Positions 49,681-62,451 of a DNA stretch of 64,000 nucleotides are shown here, in pieces; the stretch's first letter is position 1; each line of letters begins with the position of its first letter. The notes under the pieces were generated by a model. The model had not been told where the DNA came from. It saw only the letters and a list, made by a program, of their open reading frames with translations, and did not search any database. This stretch comes from Eledone cirrhosa (lineage: Eukaryota): the NCBI GenBank assembly GCA_964016885.1, contig OZ024746.1, positions 18,104,001 to 18,168,000 of the forward strand, read 5' to 3'. The position numbers and the translations under genes are program-made.

Positions 49681-50909
49681 GTAGGATAAGCACATCCCTC
49701 TCTAGGCTTGACCACGGCTGATTTTTTTTCTACAGTAAGAGAGAGGAGAGGAGAAATAGAGAATTACTAACCTCTTGCAGGTTTGAATGAACTGCTAATG
49801 GCTAACCAATACACTCACATAATGTGTGTTGGTTTATGTGAGTGTTTGTGTCTCTGTTGTTTGTATATGTGTGTGTTTATGTATGCGTGTATTTGTTTTG
49901 ACCTACCTTTTCTCTGATTTTCTCAAATGTCAGATAAACATGCAATGGCATCCATCATTAATTTGTGATGCACCTTCCTCCAGAATATCTGTAAATGGCA
50001 ATTTATTCCTCTACACCTAATACCAAGAATTGTATTCTACCATCAATTAATTATTTTCTTTTAGAACTGTAGATTCTGTACATCATCATCATCACTGTTT
50101 AATGTCCATTTTCTCCCGCTAACATGGATTAGATGAGTTGTCCTATTGTAAAACAAGTCAGATGAGATGACCATGTCTTGCTCAAACAGAACTGTTTCTA
50201 GTTTGGTTTTTACAGCTGGATGCCCTTCCTAACACCAACCACATTTACAGAGTGGACTGTGTGCTTATTTGCATGCATTTATTAATTCTTTCTCTTCATT
50301 TTCCATTGTTATTTCCCAAGATTAATTGGAATTTCAGTAAAGTGTCTGTCTCCAAAAGATATAGCCTGTCTAATGTTATTTTTAGGTCACACAGACATGT
50401 ACACACACACATGCCTGTGCACGCACCTTCCAATTAGAAAATGGAAATCTAATTTAGAAATTAATTTCAATAATATAGTGTAATTATTGATGTGATAGAG
50501 GTATGGTGATATTAGACTAAGAGAAATATGTTTTTTTTTAAATTATTTTTATTGAATACCATCATTTACTAAGTGTAGGATTATATTCCTCTTTGATTTT
50601 ACTCTCCTGATTACAATATTCATTTCATACAGTTATACAGACGGTTCTTACCTTGGTGTGATGCTGTCTAATATTTATACACAGTTGAAGGGTGGGGGAG
50701 CAGAAAATGAAAATAAATTTATTTCAGTACTTATCTTGATCAATTTTTTTCAATGTGACTCTCCCACTATCTTCCTGAGCAATGCTTTCTCCATTCTGTC
50801 CATTGGGACACCTAGGCTGCTTGTGCCTAGGGTCCTGCAAGCCAGAGAGCATTTTCCCACATCATTTGGGTTCGTATCATGGGAGTAGTGGTCTTTGAGT
50901 ATTCTTTCT

Positions 50910-50943
<34 letters not shown>

Positions 50944-53884
50944 GTGAAAATGTTCATGTATTTTGATTTAGTTTTTGCCAGTGTATCTTGATCAATTATG
51001 GATATATTACTGTACTTTTCCACTTTACAGCATAACTTGGTGAATTTTATCATGTTGCCAGCACTAGAGAGGTTATCTATCAGGACTTAAGCCCCCCACC
51101 CCACCCCACCGTATCAGTTTTTACTGAGAGTTACTGCTCTTCTAGATAGGTTGCCTTCACCACAGTTTACATAGTCCTTGTCTCTTTCATGTAAATATAT
51201 ATTTGGAGTTACCTCTCTCCTAGATGGGTTGCCTTCTTTGTGGTTTATGGAGTTCACAATAAATTCATTATAGTGGTAAGTTTCATCTTTCTTTGGATGC
51301 TTATAATTTATATCCAACTGGAGTTGATGAAATAAGTACCAGTTATATATTGGTTGATTCAATTGATTATACTTCCACTACTTTATGTTTAGTCTCAGGT
51401 CAACAGAAATCAATATTTATTTGGTGGTTGGCAGACTCATTCACTTTAGATGTGTGTAATGAAAGTATTTGGAAGGACATCAGTCAATGATAATAAATTT
51501 GTTGTTTTCTTTATCAAAGCTGTATATACATTGATGAGGTAAGTTAGTTAGTAGCTAGCTGTATGTGGTTAACATACTGGACTATTGATCAAAAGCTCAT
51601 ATATTAGTATTTAGTAACACTCTTAAGCCAAGCACATTATTATGTTTTTGTCTATTTAGCTAAAAACATAGCTACCTTGCCTATGTCACAGCTTGTGTTT
51701 GTATATTAAGCAATAAAAATCACCTTCTTCAGAAATGCGCACAGTGTCTGATATTTTTAATGCTAGAACTCTCTAACACAAGCAAACATGATAAAATAAA
51801 CATTTAAAAAAATAATAGATGGGCTGCAGGAAAAAGAAAGAAAAGAAAAAAAAATGTTCATACAAGTTCATAATTATAGGAAGTTAAAGTTTATATTTCA
51901 GATTGTTAATTTCAATGTTTTAGTAAGAAAAGACAAGTGTTTTAAGGCTATTTTCCATGCTTAAGCAGGGTGTTAGCCCTGCAGGCCCCATGCCCAAGAT
52001 TCATACTCATCATGAAGTGGGGAAGTGGGCTTTTGCGGCAATGTTTTACAGCTAGATGCCTTTCCTGGCATCAACCCTTTTAGTCACATCTTACAACGTA
52101 CAAATAAATTTTTCTATTTCTACCACTTCTTTAATATTTTTTGAGGTGACTCATCATCATCATTTAATGTTCACTTTCCTTGTTAGCAAGGGTTGGATGG
52201 GTCTACATAGACCAAATCATTACTGAAGCAGGGCTACTGATCTCACAAACAGGCTGAGGGATCTGAATCTTACAATCGTCTCGTGTTCTCTTTTCATTTT
52301 AAGCAAGTTACCATATTTATAATGAAATACTTTATCTATAAATAGAGAATTTGGAGATTTAGTAAAATAACGTTCTCATTCTTTGTTCTGTCCTACACCA
52401 TCTTTAGGACAGAACAAACATTCTCATTATTTCTCGTAAAGTACCAGTAACGCACTGGGGTTGATTTAGTTGACTTTCCCCTCCTTCTTCAAATTGCTAG
52501 CCTTGTGCCAAATGTAGAAACAATTATTTATCGATAGAGCATCAGATAACATGATTTGCAGCATATAGTTACGTCCCTTTTTGATCTGAGTTCAAATCCC
52601 CCCCGAGATTAGCTTTGCTTTTCATCCTTAAGGGGTTGATAAAATAATGTAATGTATCAGTTACGTACTCAGAGCGATTTAATCAACTTTCCCCTCCCAC
52701 TAAATTATTAGCCTTGTGAAAGGTTCGTACATAAAATTATGGAAGGCTTTAAAATTTTAAACATTTAAAAATAAAGTCTTAAAACCAGTGAACGGTTTTC
52801 AGTGGCTTGGTATATTATCGGGTTGTTCAGAAATTAATGCAGGTTTATAAACATTAATTTTAAAATGATACATCTCTGAGATTCTCTGTCTCGAAAAAAC
52901 CTTATTGGTTAAAATAATAACCATTAGAATCTACACATTTTTGCCAACAAGACACAGATTTAGTTATTCCAATAACATAGAATTCTAAAATTCTGGAGGC
53001 AACGAATTCTTTGAAGGAATTTTTTGTGGTTATTTGGTTATTCAATACTTTTTTCCTCACAAAAAGTTGTCAAATGTCCAAAGAGGTAATTAGTTAATGA
53101 AAGATCCAGTGAGTTTGCTGGATGTGGCAGAGTTTCTTTCAACTTCTGGAGCACTGGTTGTACAATGTGTGGTTGAGCGTTGTCATGCGGGAGCATTGGA
53201 CCTTTTCTATTGACCAATTTTTTAAAGTTATTTAATGTTTTGTGTATAATTTGTCTTCCATGTGTCTTGTATATTTATTGTTGCATGCTATGGTTGGTTG
53301 TATTTAATATTTAATCTATTTATTTCGAGTTTGTTTTCATCATCATCATATATCTGCATTCCTTGTTAGCATGGATTGGCTGGGTTGTCACTGTTTAAGT
53401 TGTTTTTTATTGAGAGTTACTGCTCTTCTAAATGTGTCAACTTTTTGACACATTTTGGAGGGACACAAAAGCCTGCTTCTCACCTAAACCAATTAATTAC
53501 CCCCCAAAATATCAACTACTCTCTCAGTAATTAACTAGACATTTCATTTGTGTCTTTTTAATCTGAAAAAGCTATCATCACAATTTTAAATAAGTGACAC
53601 ACTTTTTTTTCTTTCTATTCTTCCTCTCCTTAACATTTAATCCTGATACTAATCCAGTTCAATGAGCTTATCTCATGATAGGGTATCTCAATGTCAATGA
53701 AATGAGATTATTATTATTTGTAGCTTAAACTCAAACAGACTAGATCCATAAAATCTCTAGAGATACAATCAATCCTTACATTCTGCAGTTAAAAAGTATA
53801 TATATATATACATATGAAAATATATTCAAAGATTTCCTCTGATTAAATTTGAATCAAGACTCAACAGGATTACAACAATTGTCA

Positions 53885-55045
53885 TCATCATTATTGCAAC
53901 CATAGTCAAACATTCCTGTCAGTCTTTCTACAATTCACGATTTTCCATTGCTCCTGACAACTGCTCCCTACTGAGGTTTGTACCGTCTGATCGTTGATTG
54001 ATGAAGGTTCAAGCAGGTTTTCTTCTACTGCATCTCTCGTGAGTCGGTTCCCACAATAGTAGCTTGTATATAACTTCCTGCTTACTTCTTCAGCAATGTC
54101 CTGCAAATCATAACCATCTTTAAGCAATTGTAGTTGTATAAACTTTCATTTGTAATACATTGACAGCAGTTTATGTTTTGTACAACCCTAAACATTTTAG
54201 CATATGTACCATCTAGTTTCTTCTCAAGTGCTTGTGTCAGAGTCCATATACCTGATCCATACAACAACACTGACTCAGCAAATGGTTACTGGATCCCTAC
54301 TGAAATGTAAGAAATTTATGAATGTAACTTCTTTCAAAACTAGGACCCTAAATAACTCTAGAAGAATAAATGAACTTACAGCACTCTGCAAACTTTACTA
54401 CAGCTATAGTAATTCTTATGCTGTTAGAATGTATCCTAGTGCAGCAGAATATTTTAATATGGCTGAAACCAACCATATTGAACTAAATGTTGGAACTGAC
54501 TTAAAAATCAAACTTGTTAAATATGATTTAGGAAGTGACCACATCTGTTGCTATATTTCTGGAGATCACACTCAATTGTACACCAAAATCTTGCCCAATC
54601 ATTCTTTCCCAAATCTACAACCCTCTCAAATTCCCTTATCCCCCCCCCCCCACACACACACTCACTTCTATTGCATGGTTACAGCATGGACCCTTACCTC
54701 AAAACTAGAAAAAAGATTAGATGAAGCCTACACTTGCGTACTAAGTGGCTTTGGATGTGACTTTGAGAGATTGTCTGACCAATGTGCAACGGTATGGGAA
54801 CCTTGTCTTGTGTCAGACAACATCAAAGAGAATAGTCATATTGGCAGGGCATTGCTGGAGAGCTAAAGACAAAATTGTTAGGGAAGTTCTTTTGTGGGAA
54901 CCTACACAAAGAAGAGCTAACAGAGGTTGACAAGCCAAGACTTGTATAAAACAGATTTGTGACAACATAAACTGCAACTTCACAGTCCTACCAAACAATA
55001 AAACTGGATGGCAACAGAGTCAAGGGAATCTGTGCAAGCAGTGAG
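53885..55045. mobile_element. two diverged RTE-like 3' fragments in opposite orientation (~53885-54275 -, ~54675-55045 +) around an endonuclease-like N-terminal remnant
   Basis: LLYGSGIWTLTQALEKKLDGTYAKM (-), AWTLTSKLEKRLDEAYT...LAGHCWR...LLWEP (+), MNVTSFKTRTLNNSRRINEL (+). Confidence 0.7.
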
Positions 55046-57173
55046 ACCCATTGATTGATTGATTGATTAAAAGGTCAAGAGTTCTGCTTCTCCTCTTCTG
55101 CTTTGGTAAAAACCTATAAAGTAAATTTTCATTCAAGTAGAAGAAATGTATTTGTTGTAGATATTTACCAATTACCAATGAATCACATTCTATTGCCAAC
55201 TGCTGAAAAGACAAAAGAGAATGAAAATACATAGAGATCAAGAATTAGAAAAATAGAGCATAACAAAGACATAAAGAGATTGATAAATAGGACAATCAAA
55301 GAGACAAATATAATAGGTAGTAAAGATAGTTATATAACTTATATAGCTATGATAGGATATTTTAAATTGTTATGGTCTTCATCATCATCATCATTTTACG
55401 TCTGCTTTTCCCTGCTTGCAAGAGTAGAACGGGTCCTCCACAACACAGCATCCCTCCATTAATCACGGTCCTTCGTCATTCTTGTATATATAAATGCCGT
55501 TGGATCATCAACATAAGTTCAAATTGCACATCTTTTGATTGGCATTAGTAAGAGATGTTTTTTATAGATTTTACTTTATTCTTGTTTATTTACATTGTTG
55601 TTTGTTTGTTTGTTTTCTCTCTCTGTGAATAAGTTTTTCAGAAATTGAAATAAAAGCCAATGATAAAGTAAGGATAGAAGTAATGTGGATGCTAAAGATA
55701 GAAAGAATGTATATCTCCCATTACTCCCCCACTCTGCTACCATTTCATACCAATACCTATGTTACTTAAATCATACTCTTGCTCCCTTCACCTCCACAGT
55801 CTCATTCCTCTTTCAGTCTTCTCTCTCTCCTATTTACATTCTTGGCCATGCCCTGCCTTGAATGTTTGGGGATAATGTAGAGTACTAAGTACTCTTTCAT
55901 CTTTTGTGATACCTGGCAACTTCACTCATGTTAGTGTCATGATTAAATGCACTGAGTACACTGGTTACTCTTTCATCTTTTGTGATACCCGGCAACCTCA
56001 GGTAACCTCACTCGCACTTGTGTTATGATTAAAATGCACCAAGTACACTTAGAAAAGTGGTTGTCAAATGAGTGGAGACAACATAGCGTTGAGAGAACAA
56101 CTGCATATTATAACATCCTCACTAGTACTTGTGAAGTAGAAGTGCATAGCCTAATGGTAAAGGTGTTGAACTTACAATCCTAATGTCGTGGGTTTGATTA
56201 ATAGACAGGGTTGTGTCTTGCATTCTTAAGCAAAACACTTCATTTCACATTGCTCCAGTATACTCAGCTGAAAATGCGTACCAGCAGTAGCTGGGGGTTT
56301 AACCCTGTGATGGACTGGCGTCCTATCCAGATGGGGGTTTTGTAGTGTCAGTCACTTCATGCCATGGAAACTGGGATAAGCACTGGCCTGATGAGCCTCT
56401 GGGTTCAAGTCAGACTTTAAACTTTTTTCTAATGCTTGCTCTATGATAAAATACTCCCCAAACACACTGCAACTCAGTTGAAGAAATCATGTCAGAATTT
56501 GTTCATATTAACACTGTTTACAAAGCAAGTAGTGATAATTATTTGTCCACTAAATAACAATATATCCTGCAGTTTAGTCGTTCAATGAATGTCAGCTGTG
56601 TATATATCACACTTAAAAGAAAAGATGTGTTGGAGTCAAGAAGGGCATCTGGCCATTGAAAACAATTTGCCTCAATAATTTTGTTCAACCTATGCAAGCA
56701 TGGAAAGATTGTGCGTAAAAATGATGATGACAGAAGCAAGTCTTTTACAATGCGATAATGCATCAGAGGGTCTTGATTATTACAAGTACATCCGGCCACA
56801 AAACACTGCCTCAAAAAGTCACAGCCAGTTCATCATATGTCAGCATAGAAAACTAGATGTAAAAATAATGATGATATTATTTAATGTCTAATTTCCATGC
56901 TTGCATGGGTTAGACAGGCTGTTATGTTATGAGACAAGTCAAGTCAGGTCACGTGACCACAATCTGCTCATACGGATTTGTTTTTGGTCTGGTTTCTATG
57001 GTTGGATGCCCTTCCTAACGCCAACCACTTTACAGCATTGCCTGGGTGCTTTTTCATTATGTCACTGGCACACTCACCTTACGAGGTGAACCGGGGGCTT
57101 TTTGTTGTCACCAGCACAACCACTTTACACACACACACACACTCATATATATATATATATATATATCAAAATT

Positions 57174-57740
57174 GATGGTAGTTACGGAGTAGGTAGACCC
57201 AGAAAAACCTGGGATGATCTGATAAATTCCGACCTTACACACTTGCACTTCTCTAAGACAATGTCACTGGACTGAGATCTTTGGCTCTACGCAGTAATAC
57301 AGAAGACCCGCCTTGCCTATGTACAAAGCGAAACCTACAGTCAGTAAGCACCTCCTAACCAAATATACACCCCAATCCACTACCCCTACCCTATCCTCCC
57401 ACTCCCACCAACACAACCCTCTCTCTGTAAAGTTGGTACCACAACATCCAGTCCAAATAAATGAGATAATCAGATCGTTATCGTGTAGGTGTCACGACAA
57501 AAAAAAACAAAAAAACTCACAGTCCACGCTGTAATGTGGCTGTGTAGGTAACACGGTAAAAAGTTTCCAGTTCCACACTGTAAATGTGGTTGGTGTTAGG
57601 AAGGGCATCCAGTCGTAGAAAACCTGCCAGATAGTCCTATATGAGCGAGACACGGTCACCCGACCAACCTTGCCTCAAGTGGGACAACTCCTGTCTAACC
57701 CATGCTAGCATGGAAGATGGATGTTAAACGATGATGATGA
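57174..57740 (+). mobile_element. RTE subfamily B 3' end
   Basis: Reverse-complement match to ~42414-42970. Confidence 0.9.
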
Positions 57741-58199
57741 TATATATATATATATATATACTCATACACATATATACATACATATGTGTTTATCATCTAT
57801 CAAGCCATCCATTTGTCTGTCTATCTATCCATCTTTAACATTCACTTGGGCATGGGTTGGGCAGGTTTTCAGAGGCAGTGCTTTATGGCCCTTCCTGTTG
57901 TCAATCCTTTTACTTACTTTTGGCGACATACAAGTATATAGAGTCCTTATTCTAAAACCAGAATACACATGGTAACATATGGGCCTCTCTGTGTGTGTGT
58001 GTGTATATATGTGAGTATTTTTATTGACTATAAAGCATTTGCCTATATATTTTTACATACAATAAATTCACCAATACCATCTACAGTATATTTTCTGTAT
58101 TTTGTGAACAGCTGAAATAAATCTACCAATAACTTGTCAGACACAGCTGTTTTGAAGATGACAGCTAAAATACAGAAAAAATAAATCAGCCATTCGCTG

Positions 58200-58318
58200 T
58201 TTATATGATGTTATATAATATGTCTATATTTATATGATGTTATATAATATGTCTATATTTATATGATGTTATATAATATGTCTATATTTATATGATGTTA
58301 TGTAATATGTCTATATTT
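58200..58318. repeat. 4 x 29-bp tandem repeat
   Basis: Unit TTTATATGATGTTATATAATATGTCTATA. Confidence 0.95.
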
Positions 58319-60052
58319 AAAGTTGAATATATCTGCTTTTCCATATCCCTGTGTTTTTGCTTGATATCCTTGAGTGATGAGATGCTAATAACATGGATAA
58401 ATTTCATTATATCACAAAGTAGGGCAGTGGATTGACAGTCGGTAGAGTGTCAGACACTATGATTTGCAGCATAAAGTTACATACTGAGTTTAAATCCCAC
58501 CAAGGTTAGCTTTACCTTTCATCCTTACGGCGTTGATGAAATAAAGAACCAGTTATACACTGGGACCAATTTAATCGACTTTCCCTCTCCCAAAATTGTT
58601 GGCCTTGTGCCTAAATCAGAAACCATTATATATCACAAGATACTTTCCACTTATCAACCACAAACCTGGGTATTGCCGCCTGTAACACAGAGGAGTGAAA
58701 AATAACCAAATACCAGGGCTTGACTGAGCACTTCCTTTTCATGCTGGTTACTGTCTAGACCTCCAGTATCCTGTTTTCCTCCACAAAACCGGGAGGTATC
58801 ACATGAATTAAAATGGTTGTGCTTTCACCATCTTGTCCCTAAGGCAGAGCTGAGATATAACCACCCAGCCAAAGTTGTGAAGTTTGCCCTCTTGCCATCT
58901 TTGTGTCTAGGGCACTGCTGAGATGTACCACCCCTTTTCCATTTTCATTATTTTAATTCCCATGTTCTTTTCTCTTTTTTTTCTCTTCCTGTTTATTATT
59001 TGAATCCCTTTTTAAAATACTTACATTATTGGATGCTTCTGTAGAACAATCATTTCTATAGGTATATTTCAGTAAAACACTGTTTTATTTAGCTTCTCTA
59101 ATGCTCAGCTGAGTTGCTGAGTTCACCATTGTAATGTTTCTCTGTCTGAACACCTATTGTATGAACACTATGGTTGAAAGAAAGCATTACAGGGAATGCT
59201 TTCCATACTAAATACAAATACAGTAGGATCTGGAGTGAAACATTTTAATTGAAATTATCCATGCAATACAAAAGTCAACTTCAGCTTTCGAGGTCGTTAA
59301 AAAAGTACCAGTCTAGTACCGGGGTCGATTCTTATTCTATATCCATTCTCTCACTCTCTATCCTTCTCTGGAAGAAATCTGCTGTGTTCAAACATGAGGA
59401 GAGATGGGCTTAAAATGCCCATGAAAAGCTGTATGCCACTATGACATCCCTACATCTCCCTCAGAAGTTACAGGACCTTATCATACCATCCATGTAATTA
59501 GTAGTCAAAATCTCCCTCTAGATGTGCTTAAAGTCTGAAAGCAACAAGCAAGAGAGATAACATCAATTAGATTAATTAATTTGTATCCTTTGAAAATATA
59601 GAAACATGTACTATAAAAGCAACTGGTGAAAGCAACATATATGTTTCTGTCTTATTACACCTCATCAATCAAGCATATTCTATTCAGTTGACAGGCTAAG
59701 AGTAATCTTGCCAACTGAGTTACTTATATTTTAAAATGCCCCAGATAGAACTTTTGTTTATTAAATTGCTTGAGTAACCTCAGTTAATCGAAGTTTTTCA
59801 ACTGTAGTTGTTTTTCCTACCATAGCTTTATCCCATGCCATGATATTAAGCTTTAATGGTGTCCTTTTAGCTATTTAATTCCCCACATGTATCATAGTGC
59901 AGAAAAACTTCTGTATTCTATCTATAAATAGGTCATTTGAATACAGAAGTTTTCCTTTACTATCTATAAGTAGGTCATTGTAATACACATTCTGCATTGT
60001 TCTAGATGTCACTCCTACTCCATAGTTCAATGGACAGCATATATTATGCAAA

Positions 60053-60269
60053 TTCTTTGGATTTATATACCACTCAATCTATGCTTCTAGTATAGATATA
60101 TGTGTGCGTATGCATACAGACACATCCTTTGAATTTATATACCACCCTATGTTCCATAGATATAAAGATCTTTGTGTGTGTCATACAGACAAATCTTTAA
60201 ATTTATGTACCACCCAACCTATGCTTCCACCATAGATATATATAGATCTGTGTGTGTACATACAGACAT
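60053..60269. repeat. 3 degenerate ~70-bp tandem units
   Basis: CTTT..ATTTATATACCAC..CTATG.TTC..ATAGATATA...CATACAGACA. Confidence 0.8.
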
Positions 60270-60723
60270 CTGTTTGTCGATGCTTCTTTTTTTTTTTATT
60301 TTTGATCTTTTTATCCGTGCAAATAACAATTAGTGTTGTTTAAATTCTAAAAAAATGCAAGAGGGATAAATTAATTTATTGAAATTTTATGGTGTCGTTA
60401 TAGAGTAGTTATGGTCAACTTTGTTGGGTTTTTTTTTTTTTTACTCGAAGGTATTTGTAAGTACAGGTTCTATTTGAGTGATCTGCAAATATTTGCTATC
60501 TTGGGAAAGCCAGAAAAAATCATGGGCACTACAACTCTTCTAATTAATCTATCGTAGAACAGATAGATAGATGGAGAGAGAGAAAGAGAGACAGACAGAC
60601 TGGATTTCTTTATAAATACTGTATGCCTTTGTATTCTTCACACAAAACACTGACATTTGTTTAAAGATTAACTGTATTATTTCCTCTTCAGTTTATATTA
60701 TTTTTGCCTTTTTATTTCCACAG

Positions 60724-60810
60724 CTCAGTGGCTCAATTGAAAATCTAACAGTATGGGTGAGGCATCTGCAGGCAGTTGCAGTCCACAGTACTGTCAACTT
60801 CAGGTCACAG
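60724..60810 (+). CDS. candidate host exon (87 nt): start exon MGEASAGSCSPQYCQLQVT (ATG 60753) or phase-0 LSGSIENLTVWVRHLQAVAVHSTVNFRSQ
   Basis: Acceptor TTTTTGCCTTTTTATTTCCACAG, donor CAG|GTAAGA, higher GC than flanks. AGTATGG Kozak context with an in-frame upstream TAA. Confidence 0.65.
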
Positions 60811-61193
60811 GTAAGAAGTTTTTTTTTCTTTAACTTTTCTTTTTTTTTTACATGATTGACAATATCCCAGACCTCATTCTCTTATTAAGTGGGGTGGAAC
60901 TCGTTAAATCAGACAAAAGAAACAATCTTCCCATTGGTCTTTCCATTGCTGATATTGTCTAGTGGTTGCATCTCCTGGCAGAAAGAGCAGCAGCATGAAA
61001 TAAAGTGCCTTGCTCAAGGACATAAAGCATCACCTGGTCTGGGAATCGAACTTACAGCCTCAGGATTGTGGATCCAACTCTCTAACCACTAAACCATGAG
61101 CCTTCACAAAGAGTTAGCATTTGAATGTCTACTGAAGAATGTGTGTGAGTGTTGTTAGCAGTGTAAACAGACATTTAATTTTAACTAATATTA

Positions 61194-61503
61194 ATGGGTA
61201 CAAGCTGAAGCATATAGACAATATGCCCCCACACCCCCCACCGCAAGGTGGTCGTGGAGGTGCCACGGCAAAAAAGCACCCAGCCCACACTGTAAAGTGG
61301 ACGTGTAGGCGCCACGAAAAAGCACCCAGCACTCACTGTAAATGAGGTTGGTGTTAGGAAGGGCATCCAGCTGTAGAAATCAAGCCAGATCAGTTCCTGT
61401 ATGAGCAAAGCATGGTCAGCCGACCAGACACTGCCCACAACAGGACAACCCGTCTAACCCATGCTAGCGTGGAAGAACGGACGTAAAACGGTGATGATGA
61501 TGA
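61194..61503 (+). mobile_element. RTE subfamily A 3'UTR
   Basis: Near-identical reverse complement of ~40506-40825. Confidence 0.93.
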
Positions 61504-61539
61504 TTAATAATTAACGATACCTAAGGCATATATATTGTT

Positions 61540-62039
61540 TTTGATTCCAGGGTGTGTTTCTACGGCTTCTTTGCCTTCGTCACTCATTTCTCTTTGGACT
61601 TCTGAATGAGCAGCTGTCCTCTCTCAAACTCGTAAGACTTGTAACAAGTCCTAACAGTCTTCTCAACAAGCCCAGTTGCCTGGCAATCTCACTTATCCCA
61701 ATGGAGGGGGTCTTCCTCAATGAACTGCTGAACTTTTGGGATGAAATCAGCATCTCTCACTCTTTAATTACTGCAATTATGAGTTTTCCTAACATTCCTC
61801 ACCCTCTGGACTATGTGCAGTGGGAGATTTAAGTTGTCAACAATGGTCTTTTTATTCATGCTGTGTACTTCCTATTCTACTCTCCAGGCCACTTGTATTC
61901 ATTTCATCTGTCACGGTTTGCCATTCTTTAAAAGTCAGGTACAATATGAAAGGAAAGCAATATTAGTTACATCTAAGCTTTCAAAATAGTATTTTAATCT
62001 TTGCTTAAACAGAGGCACTAATTCTACATCCGCACCCTG
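61540..62039. mobile_element. rearranged maT-like transposon remnant
   Basis: Minus 61765-61540 encodes VRDADFIPKVQQFIEED...EIARQLG..EKTVR...YKSY...GQLL, like the N-terminus of the 37551 transposase. Plus 61770-61830 encodes HPLDYVQW. TIR CATCCGCACCCTG|TA ends at 62039. Confidence 0.65.
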
Positions 62040-62261
62040 TATAGGTTTGTAAATATTGTGTTTGTATACATAGTTACATATATATATGTGTATATATATA
62101 TATATAAATAATGTGTGTGTGTGTGTGTATAAATATTGTGTGTGTGTGTGTGTATATAAATATATATATGTGTGTGTGTAAAAGGTAAACAGAAATAACA
62201 CGATCAGTACAGTATATGGAAGGGATATATTAGGTTAACGCTTGATATCGCAGGAAGAGGG

Positions 62262-62298
62262 TCTTAACGTTTCGGACCGCTAGTCCTTCATCAGAAGA
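62262..62298 (-). ncRNA. minimal type I hammerhead motif inside a ~200-bp Penelope-type short element (~62200-62395)
   Basis: Minus strand UCUU-CUGAUGA-A-GGAC UAGCG GUCC-GAAA-CG-UU-AAGA. Confidence 0.8.
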
Positions 62299-62406
62299 AA
62301 GAATGAGAAATAAGATATATTGAGGGGACGGGCGGGATGGAATTGGAAAAAATGTCTTTAGATAAAAATAACAGGTCCATTCATGTTGAAATCTTGTGTG
62401 TGTGTG

Positions 62407-62451
<45 letters not shown>

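Noticed and set aside
54204-54866. 220-aa plus ORF
   Set aside because: Chance read-through of unrelated LINE fragments and a C/CA tract.
58200-58318. Regular 26-48-bp repeats as possible CRISPR arrays (also 35386, 23067)
   Set aside because: Head-to-tail units with no unique spacers, eukaryotic context, no cas genes.
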